64,000 nt of DNA from an uncultured Chloroflexia bacterium (lineage in GTDB: Bacteria > Chloroflexota > Limnocylindria > Limnocylindrales > CSP1-4), in contig CAVQNC010000009.1 in the NCBI GenBank assembly GCA_963713795.1, forward strand, positions 13,978 through 77,977, written 5' to 3'. Numbering within the stretch: position 1 is the stretch's first letter; each line of letters opens with the position of its first letter. This document shows, piece by piece, positions 41,896-49,883 of the stretch. The notes below the pieces were generated by a model, which was given only the letters and a program-made list of their open reading frames with translations, made no database searches and was not told where the DNA came from. Position numbers and translations under genes: made by a program.

Positions 41896-42981
41896 TTACT
41901 GAGAGCTCCCCCGGGCCGTGATGGGCCACTGGTCGACTATCTCGCCGCCGCGAGTGACCCACACGTGGTCGTGGAGGTTGAACGTGGTCCTGATCTGGCC
42001 CGGAGTGAGATCAACCCCGCTGCCCAGTGCGGGCAGCGGATCGTCCATGATCAAGGTCGTGTGCTCGTCGCTGACCATGATTTCCTTCACGGCCAACCCG
42101 ACCGGGATTGGAGCTCCGTATTCCATCCCAACGACGCGTCTGCCGACGTCCGTGACGATTCGGCCGGGGTGGCGGCTGATGACGGTCCCCCTCAGCACCG
42201 CGGCGCATCGGAACGGCAGATCCATGATCAGCAGCTCCGGCTCCATCAGGGCGTATACGCCAGCCTGGATCTCGGTGATCGTCGGGTCGGCCAGCGCTTC
42301 TCTGAGTGTCGACGTGCCGGCAGCCGAAACGACTTCCGGCGGGAAGCCGGCTTCGCGCAACGCCGAGGCCGCTTCCGAAAGGGCTCCGTAGGCGCGCCGG
42401 ATCTTGCCGCTACGCTCCTTGTCGGTTATTCGGAGACGACCTTCATAGCCCATGACCCCGCGCAGGCGGAGACCCGGCAGGCGCTCGATCTTGTGGGCCA
42501 GGGCGATGGCGTCTCGAGGCGATGCCACGCCGCAGCGGTGCAGGAGGATATCCATGTCGATCAGGACCCCGACGGTCACGCCTGCCGCGTCGGCCTCGCG
42601 CGAGAGAACCTCGACGGGTGCGGCGTCGTCGACGGCAACCGAAACCAGGGCCCGGTGGGCCAGAGCGACCAGGCGGGCGATCTTGCGCGGATCCACGACC
42701 TCGTTGGCCACGAAGACGTCCTCGAGCCCTGCGTCGACCATGGCTTCGGCCTCGCCCACCGTGGCGCAGGTGAGACCCGACACGGAAGGGCCCAGCTGGC
42801 GCCTGGCCAGCTCGGGCGTCCGATGAGTCTTGACATGGGGCCGAAGCAGCTTGCCTGTGCCGCGCAGCAAGGTGGCCATTGCGGCGACGTTGGCCTCGAA
42901 GACGCCGAGATCGACGATGAGCGCGGGGGTTGACAGAGATGGTGGGGATTTGGGTTCTATCGGCGACGATGCGGGCGTCAT
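41896..42981 (-). CDS. D-threonine aldolase / DSD1-like PLP enzyme, paralog 3 (more divergent)
   Basis: TPALIVD...LRPHVKTHRTPELA. Same two-domain layout, 361 aa. Confidence 0.8.
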   Translation of the reverse strand: MTPASSPIEPKSPPSLSTPALIVDLGVFEANVAAMATLLRGTGKLLRPHVKTHRTPELARRQLGPSVSGLTCATVGEAEAMVDAGLEDVFVANEVVDPRKIARLVALAHRALVSVAVDDAAPVEVLSREADAAGVTVGVLIDMDILLHRCGVASPRDAIALAHKIERLPGLRLRGVMGYEGRLRITDKERSGKIRRAYGALSEAASALREAGFPPEVVSAAGTSTLREALADPTITEIQAGVYALMEPELLIMDLPFRCAAVLRGTVISRHPGRIVTDVGRRVVGMEYGAPIPVGLAVKEIMVSDEHTTLIMDDPLPALGSGVDLTPGQIRTTFNLHDHVWVTRGGEIVDQWPITARGSSQ

Positions 42982-42994
42982 GACCGTGCCTCTC

Positions 42995-44444
42995 TCAGCC
43001 CGCGGCCAGACGCGAACGAACGTCCGCGTACAGGGCGCCTCTGTGGGTATCGGGCTCGAAGCGCCTGTTCACCGTCACGAGCTCGGCGACGGCTTCGGAC
43101 ACTGAACCGTAGACGCCGGCGCCGACGCCGGCCAGGACCGCGGCCCCGAAAGTGCCGGGTTCGCTCTGGGCCACGACCTCGATCGGGACCCCGCACACGT
43201 CGGCCATGAGCTGGAGCCACCAAGCGTTCCTGGAGCCGCCGCCGGTCGCCCGAACGAGGTTCGTCTCGACGCCTCGTTTCTGAAGCCGCTCCAGGCTCAA
43301 CGAGAAGTTGCAGGCAATGGCCTCCAGGAGAGCCCGGACGATGTCGACCTGCGTAGAAGCCAGGGTCACGCCGGAGAATGTGCCGCCGAAACCGGGCGCG
43401 GCCGAGACATGAGGAAGAGGCGTAAAGGCCGCGTCGGCGAACACGTGGCCGGGCCCGGGGCCCGCGCCGGCCAGACCCTCTTCCAGGTCCGGAATCGAGA
43501 GATGAGCCAGCTCTCGGAACCAGTCGATGACGCTCATCCCATTCGGGTCGGTCGCCAGGACGCCGAACCCGGTCGGACCCGGGTGCGGGAAGACGTTGAA
43601 CCCGTCGTGAACCAGCTCCACCGGCCAGCCGGGCAGAACCGGCACGTTGTAGGAATGCCACGTCCCGCAGGCCAGGGCGATGACCCCCGGGTCGACGGCC
43701 CCGGACCCGACCGAGGCGGCGTAGGTGTCGTAGGCGCCGGTCACGACGAGTGTGTCCAAGGGGAGGTCGAACTCCATGGCCGCTTCTCGCAGGATCGTCG
43801 CGATGGGCGTCCCATTGGGCTGGACCTCAGGCAGCCACTTCGGATCGATGCCGGTCTCGGCGATGCGTTCCGGCGACCAGTCGCCCGTGGCGACGTCGTA
43901 GGTCGCCCACGTGCCGGCGTCACTCCAATCGACGACCGGCCGGCCGGTCAACAGGAGCGAGTAGAACTCGTGCCAGTTCATGAACCAGCGGGCCCTGGCG
44001 GCGACTCCGGGGTTCGTCCGCCGCCACCACAGAGCCCGGTTGATCGGATCCATGCGCCGCGGCACATGACCTGTCAGGCGGAACCAGTCCTCCGGCGACC
44101 GGCGCCCGGCCGTCTCGGCGGCCACGTCGTCTCCCCTGATGTCGGGCGTCATCAAGCAGACGCCGAGCGGGGTGCCGTCCTCGGATACCGGAAACACCTC
44201 ACGGCCGGACGAGCTGAACGAGATGGCGACCGGCGGGTCGTTCTTGACGCGCATGTCGGCAGTCACCGCCCCCAGGGCGGCCCTGAACGCATCCCGCGAA
44301 TTCGAAGACGTTCACTTCCCAATGACCGGGCTCGGGCCGGTAACCCGGCACCGCCCGGGCCGCCTGCGCCAGCATCGTGCCGTTCGTCGCGTATGCGACG
44401 ACCTTGATCGCGCTCGTACCCAGGTCTATCCCGATGAGGCTCAT
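42995..44444 (-). pseudogene. FGGY-family carbohydrate kinase (xylulokinase-like) with a frameshift near 44288-44303
   Basis: The N-terminal 49 aa (MSLIGIDLGTSAIKVVAY...GHWEVNVFEF) are in the 44199-44444 ORF. The rest (RDAFRAALGAVTADM...AISFSSSGRE...) is in the 42995-44266 frame. Deleting one base in GAATTCGCGGGATG (minus strand) restores FEFRDAFRAALGAV. Confidence 0.8.
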
Positions 44445-44504
44445 CCTTGTGGCTCCTGCAGGCGCACTCGCGCATCCGGCCGCGCCGACGATCCGTTGGC
44501 GCGG

Positions 44505-44774
44505 TCACTCGAGACCGGAGATGTCCTCGCCGGGCTGGCCGATGATGCCGATCGTGGAGAAGATCGGCGTCTCGGTCTCGTTCCCCACCAGGATCTTCAG
44601 CAGGACCCCCGCGGCGGGCGCCTCGACGTCGAGCGAGATCTTCTCGGTCTCGATCTGGACGATCGATTCGCCCTTGTCGACCGTGTCACCGACGGCCTTG
44701 AGCCATTGCTTGACGGTACCTGTCTCAAGATCCTGGCCGGCCTGCGGCATGACCACCTTCACAGCCATGTTCAA
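44505..44774 (-). CDS. Free-standing lipoyl/biotinyl-attachment domain protein (89 aa)
   Basis: VVMPQAGQDLETGTVKQWLKAVGDTVDKGESIVQIETEKISLDVEAPAAGVL matches the E2 lipoyl-domain pattern, with the target Lys in ETEK. No catalytic or subunit-binding domain follows. Confidence 0.85.
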   Translation of the reverse strand: MNMAVKVVMPQAGQDLETGTVKQWLKAVGDTVDKGESIVQIETEKISLDVEAPAAGVLLKILVGNETETPIFSTIGIIGQPGEDISGLE

Positions 44775-44969
44775 CCTCCATGAACGCGCCTAGCCTACAA
44801 GTGGCGTTTTGACGAACCCGCCGTCGTCAGGCCGATCGGTCGGCAAACGCCAGGGCGCCCACCGAGCCGTCCGACGACGAAGGAGGCGGATCCGGGCGGT
44901 GGACCGCACCGACGGCCACGGCGACGCGGCCGTCGGTGCTGCCACGAACGCTATTCGTCCGCCAGGCGG

Positions 44970-46439
44970 CTAGGCCTCGCTGATGGCTTCGCCCGCGTTG
45001 AGGAGCCACTCCTCCTTCCCTCGTGCGCGCATCCAGAAGAGGATGGCGATGCCCAGGACGAACCAGATGACATCGATGATCGGCGCGAGGTTATAGGGCG
45101 ACCCCGGCGCCGAGCCGTACCCGGCCGGCGGGAAGAACGTGAACCAGATGGCCAGGATCAGGACTATCGACGAGAAGAGCGGGAAGACCAGGTGGAGGAG
45201 CCAGTTGAACTCCGCCCGGTGCTCGCCCCGGTAGAACATGAAGACGCCGAGGTTGGCCATCAGGTACACGAAGGTAACGGCGATGACCAGGATCAGGCCA
45301 TCGATGAGGTAGAACGACACGTCCGGACCGTAGATGAACCCGACCGTAAGCGCGGACACGAGCGAGAGCGCCATCTGCATCAGGATCGCGTTGGTCGGCG
45401 ACTTGTACTTCGGGTCGACCTTGGCGAGGATCTTCGGGAACGAGCCGCTGCGGGCCATGCCGTACCACATGCGGCTGCTCACGTTGGCAGTGGCGAGGCA
45501 GACCGCGAACACGCTGTTGATGAAGGCGACGAGCAGGACCCACCAGAGCGCGCCCCAGAGGTGATGGGCGAGCACGAGGGCCGGCAGCTCGGAGCTGGCG
45601 GTAACGGCCGAGACGTCGTTGACGCCGAAGCCAGTGATCAACCCGTAGAAGACGATTACGAGGAACACCCCGATCAGGACGATCGAGAGGATCACCGAGA
45701 GCGGGACGTTGCGCTTGGGATTGGTAGTTTCCTCGGCGAGGGGCGCGGCGCCCTCCCAGCCCGTCAACGCCTGGACGTTGAAGATGATGGCCAGGGCGAA
45801 CCCGGCCGCGCTGCCGATGTTGGCGGGATTGAACGGAGCGAGCGAAACACCGCCCGGGCCGGGGCTCAGGATGCCGGAGATGCCGAGGGCGAACACGATC
45901 AGCATCTCGAGGCCGCCGGTGATCACCATGAACTCGGCCGAGAGCTTGATCCCGCGATGCTGCACGTAGGCGACGAACGGCGCACCGACCACGATGCACA
46001 CCCACCACAGCCACGGCACGTTGATGTTCCAGTTGTCCTTCAGCTCACCCTGCAGGATGAAACCGAGGAACCCGTAGATCGCGCCGCCGCAGAGCGGCGA
46101 GTAGAAGATGTACATCCAGGCCGTCATGAAGCCGGCCCGTGGATGGATGGACCGGCTCACGTATGTGTAGTACGAGCCTGCGGACGGCAGGTACTTCGCG
46201 AACTGGATGAGGGTGCTGCCCAGCATCAACACGAGCAGGAAGCCCAGGAAGTAGGCCAGAGGCGCAGTTATGCCGGCGTACCCGACGACCACGGCCGTGT
46301 AGAAGAAGGCGGCGATGGCGGGCGAGATGTGGGTGATCGCCTGCATCGTGGCGCCGAGGAGCCCGATTGCGTCCTTTTCGAGATCCCTGTGTAGAGCGCC
46401 ACTACTCGGGGCCCCCGACTCAGTGGCAACGTTGGTCAT
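44970..46439 (-). CDS. APC-superfamily amino acid permease (copy 2)
   Basis: 489 aa, polytopic, paralog of the 37600-39093 gene. Confidence 0.85.
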   Translation of the reverse strand: MTNVATESGAPSSGALHRDLEKDAIGLLGATMQAITHISPAIAAFFYTAVVVGYAGITAPLAYFLGFLLVLMLGSTLIQFAKYLPSAGSYYTYVSRSIHPRAGFMTAWMYIFYSPLCGGAIYGFLGFILQGELKDNWNINVPWLWWVCIVVGAPFVAYVQHRGIKLSAEFMVITGGLEMLIVFALGISGILSPGPGGVSLAPFNPANIGSAAGFALAIIFNVQALTGWEGAAPLAEETTNPKRNVPLSVILSIVLIGVFLVIVFYGLITGFGVNDVSAVTASSELPALVLAHHLWGALWWVLLVAFINSVFAVCLATANVSSRMWYGMARSGSFPKILAKVDPKYKSPTNAILMQMALSLVSALTVGFIYGPDVSFYLIDGLILVIAVTFVYLMANLGVFMFYRGEHRAEFNWLLHLVFPLFSSIVLILAIWFTFFPPAGYGSAPGSPYNLAPIIDVIWFVLGIAILFWMRARGKEEWLLNAGEAISEA

Positions 46440-46810
46440 GTCTCTGCTCCTTCACCAGTTGACCTTGAGATTCCGGTCACTCGCGACGGTAGACGCCTGC
46501 CTGGGTTCGCCGCGCTGCCGCGCGGCTGTCGGACCATTGCCCTGATGTTTCAGCGGACCGCGACCCCCCTCCTGACACGATTTGGACTGCGTCGGCCCGT
46601 AACAAACGATCACCCCGGGTCGATCCTGCTCCGCAGAGCCGGACCCTGCCCTCAGTTCCGCCGCCGTCTCGACGATCCTCCTTCCAGTCGGGGAAGTCGG
46701 CGGTTGGCCGTCGGCCGCTCCTTCCTCCGTTCCGAAACGCGGTCCTGCTTTCCGTTTCGAAACACAGAACAACAAGACTCTAGCGTGGCTAGTCAAGCCT
46801 CCGCAGCCCA

Positions 46811-47818
46811 GTGCGGGAGCGGGATGCGGCCGCAAGCGCCTGGCTGGACGGCCGACCGATCGACCGGTATCATTCTGTTGTGTTTCAGATTCGCGAACGC
46901 CATCGCGCGCGTGCCGTCGACGATCTCGTCCCCGTGCTCGCGCGCCAGTTCCTGATCGCCCCCGAGCCACCCTCGCGGCTCGCGACGGTGCGGGAGCTGG
47001 CTCGCCAGCACGGCTCCAGTCTCTCGTCGATCCACTTCGCGATCAGCCGCCTGGTCGACGCGGGCGCGGTCGACATAGAGATGCGGGGTCGGCTCGGAGC
47101 CTTCCTCGTGGGACGCTCGGTCGGGCGGTTGTGGGCCCTCGCGGAAAACGGCAGGCCGCTCGTCGTGGCTCTCCCGCTCGCTTCCTCGCTTCGCTACGAG
47201 GGACTCGCGACGGCGCTGAAGCAGACCCTGTCCCGCGCCGACCTCGAAGTCTTCCTCATCTTCGTCCGGGGATCCCGTAAGCGCCTCCAGGCGGTCCGGG
47301 AGGGGCGATGCCACCTGGCCGCGATGTCGAGCTTCGCTGCCTCGGAACTGTGCGGCCCGGAAGACTCAGTTCTGATCGAGCTCCCTGCCCTCACTTACAA
47401 CACCGGGCACCGCGTCTTCTACACCGCCGCCGCCGCGGACCAGGATCCGCGGACCGTCATCATCGACCGCGATTCGGCGGATCAGCAGCTCCTGTCCACG
47501 CTCGAATTCAACGGGGCGAACGTCCGGCTCGTCGGGGCCATGGGCGTCCAGATAGCCCGGCTGCTGGCCGAGGGTCATGGCGACGCCGCCGTGTGGACTA
47601 TCGACGAGATGCGAGTCCGGTGGCCCGACGGGGTGCTCGACCGGCCGCTATCCCAATCCGTCCGCGACCAGGTCGGCGATCGAGACACTCGCGCGGCGCT
47701 TGTGGGCCAGGCCTCCGACGCGGCTGTGCTTGGCGCAATCACGGCCTCCATCGACCCTGAAGAGGTGGAGCGGATCCAGCTCGACGTGATGAACCTTCGG
47801 GTCGTACCCGAATACTGA
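46811..47818 (+). CDS. YhfZ-like regulator (GntR-type wHTH + periplasmic-binding-protein-like C-terminal domain)
   Basis: ATVRELARQHGSSLSSIHFAISRLVDAGAVDIEMRGRLGAFLV parallels my recollection of E. coli YhfZ (...LGAIELETRGRNGTFI). A long non-HTH C-terminal domain follows. The start could be the GTG at 46880. Confidence 0.6.
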   Translation: MRERDAAASAWLDGRPIDRYHSVVFQIRERHRARAVDDLVPVLARQFLIAPEPPSRLATVRELARQHGSSLSSIHFAISRLVDAGAVDIEMRGRLGAFLVGRSVGRLWALAENGRPLVVALPLASSLRYEGLATALKQTLSRADLEVFLIFVRGSRKRLQAVREGRCHLAAMSSFAASELCGPEDSVLIELPALTYNTGHRVFYTAAAADQDPRTVIIDRDSADQQLLSTLEFNGANVRLVGAMGVQIARLLAEGHGDAAVWTIDEMRVRWPDGVLDRPLSQSVRDQVGDRDTRAALVGQASDAAVLGAITASIDPEEVERIQLDVMNLRVVPEY

Positions 47819-47851
47819 CCGACTCTTGGGCGCAAGGAGAACATTCCGAAG

Positions 47852-48814
47852 ATGAGCCAGATGGGCGCGAACCTGCTCCTGTCGATGTACGAGACGGCGA
47901 CAACCATCCGCAAGTTCGAACAGAAGGCCATCGAGCAATACCGCGTGGGCAACATCCGTGGGTACTTTCATCCGTACCTGGGCGAGGAAGGGATAGCCGT
48001 CGGCGCGATCGCGGCCCTCGAGCCGGATGACTACATCGTCAGCACCCATCGCGGCCACGGACACGCGATTGCGAAGGGGCTCGAACCCAGGCAGATGATG
48101 GCCGAGCTGTTCGGCAAGGAGACCGGGTACTGCCGCGGACGGGGCGGATCGATGCACGTTGCGAGCCGATCGGTCCGAAGCCTTGGAGCGAACGGGATCG
48201 TCGGCGGCGGGCTGGCCATCGCCGACGGTGCCGCGATGGCGATCAAGCAGCGGGGCGAGTCGCAGGTCGTCGTAGCGTTCTGCAGCGACGGCTCATCGGC
48301 CAACGGCATCTGGCACGAATCGCTCAACCTGGCAGCCATCTGGGATCTGCCGGTCATCTTCGTCCTCGAGAACAACCAGTACGCCGTCTCGACCCCGATT
48401 CGGGACTCCGCTCGCGTAGACCATCTTTCCGAGCGGGCTGCCGGCTACGGTATGCCCGGCCTGACCGTGGACGGCAACGACGCCGCCATCGTCTACGGTG
48501 CGATGCAGGAACCCCTGCGCCGGGCACGGGCAGGCGAAGGTCCGACTCTGCTCGAGTGCATGACCTATCGCCACGGCGGCCACCATGTCAACGACCCGGG
48601 GCTCTACCTGCCCGCCGACGAACTGAAGCGCTGGAAGGAGCACGACCCCTTGATCGTCCTGCGCCAGCGCCTGGCTCTGGCCGGGGTCGAGGAAGCCTCC
48701 GTCACGGCCGTGGACGAGCGCGTCGAACGACTCATGGACGAGGCGGTCGCGTTTGCGGAGGCCAGCCCCAATCCGTCGCTCGACGAGTTCTGCGCCGAGG
48801 TCGCGATGCTGTAG
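47852..48814 (+). CDS. Thiamine-diphosphate-dependent dehydrogenase E1 component, alpha subunit (PdhA/AcoA-like)
   Basis: STHRGHGHAIAKG, GRGGSMH, GDGSSANG...NLAAIWDLPVIFVLENNQYAVST TPP motif. AAGGAGAA RBS. Confidence 0.9.
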   Translation: MSQMGANLLLSMYETATTIRKFEQKAIEQYRVGNIRGYFHPYLGEEGIAVGAIAALEPDDYIVSTHRGHGHAIAKGLEPRQMMAELFGKETGYCRGRGGSMHVASRSVRSLGANGIVGGGLAIADGAAMAIKQRGESQVVVAFCSDGSSANGIWHESLNLAAIWDLPVIFVLENNQYAVSTPIRDSARVDHLSERAAGYGMPGLTVDGNDAAIVYGAMQEPLRRARAGEGPTLLECMTYRHGGHHVNDPGLYLPADELKRWKEHDPLIVLRQRLALAGVEEASVTAVDERVERLMDEAVAFAEASPNPSLDEFCAEVAML

Positions 48815-48896
48815 CTCTGGACGAGCCCAAACAGCACAATTCGACGGACGACGAAACCCCAGCCGGCTCAGCCGAGCCGAGAAGGAAGTTGGGACG

Positions 48897-49883
48897 ATGA
48901 AGTACCGCGAGGCCCTCCGGGCCGCCCTCAACGAAGAGATGGAACGGGACGAGTCGGTGTTCTGCATCGGCGAGGGGATCGGCGAACGCGGGGGCTCGTA
49001 CAAGGTCACCGAGGGGCTCCTTGCTGAGTTCGGCCCCGGCCGAGTCATCGACACGCCCTTGAGCGAGGCTGGTTTCGTCGGCATTGGCGTCGGAGCGGCG
49101 ATCGCGGGCCGGCGCCCGGTCGTCGAGATCCTGTTCATCGACTTCCTGCTGCAGACGATGGACCAGGTGGTCAACCAGGCCGCGAAATACCGCTTCATGT
49201 CGGGCGGCGAGGGCCGAGTCCCCCTGGTGATCCGCACGCAGGGAGGGACCGGCAATTCGCTGGCCGGCCAGCATTCTCAGAGCCTGGAGGCCCTCTACTA
49301 TCACGTGCCCGGGCTGAAGGTCGTAATGCCGTCGACGCCCGCCGATGCCAAAGGGTTGCTGAAGTCGGCCATTCGCGACGATGACCCGGTCATATTCATC
49401 GAGCACAAGCTGCTCTACATGACCGACGGCGAAGTTCCCGAGGCGGATTACTCCATCCCGCTCGGCAAGGCCGACATCAAGCGTGCCGGCACCGACCTCA
49501 CCCTGGTGGCCTGGTCGCACATGGTCCTCAAGAGCCTGCAGGCGGCCGAGGAACTTGCCAAAGAGGGCATCTCCGTCGAGGTCGTCGACCTGCGGACGCT
49601 CGTGCCCATGGATGTCCCCTGCCTGCTCGACTCGGTGAGGCGGACGGGGCGGCTCGTCATCGCCCAGGAGGCCATCAAGCGCGGCGGCGTTGGCAGCGAT
49701 GTCGCCGCCATCGTCGCCGAGCAGGCGTTCGACGCGCTTCGCGCCCCGATCGTTCGGGTAGCGGGGATGAACACCACGATCCCATTCAACCTGGCCCTCG
49801 AAAAGGCTGCCGTCCCGCAGGTCGCCGACATCGTGGCCGGCGTCAGGTCGGTGGTCGGGGCAGGCACAGCGAGCCGCGCGTGA
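48897..49883 (+). CDS. E1 component, beta subunit (PdhB/AcoB-like)
   Basis: MKYREALRAALNEEMERDESVFCIGEGIG, DTPLSEAGFVG, and a transketolase C-terminal-like domain. Confidence 0.9.
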   Translation: MKYREALRAALNEEMERDESVFCIGEGIGERGGSYKVTEGLLAEFGPGRVIDTPLSEAGFVGIGVGAAIAGRRPVVEILFIDFLLQTMDQVVNQAAKYRFMSGGEGRVPLVIRTQGGTGNSLAGQHSQSLEALYYHVPGLKVVMPSTPADAKGLLKSAIRDDDPVIFIEHKLLYMTDGEVPEADYSIPLGKADIKRAGTDLTLVAWSHMVLKSLQAAEELAKEGISVEVVDLRTLVPMDVPCLLDSVRRTGRLVIAQEAIKRGGVGSDVAAIVAEQAFDALRAPIVRVAGMNTTIPFNLALEKAAVPQVADIVAGVRSVVGAGTASRA

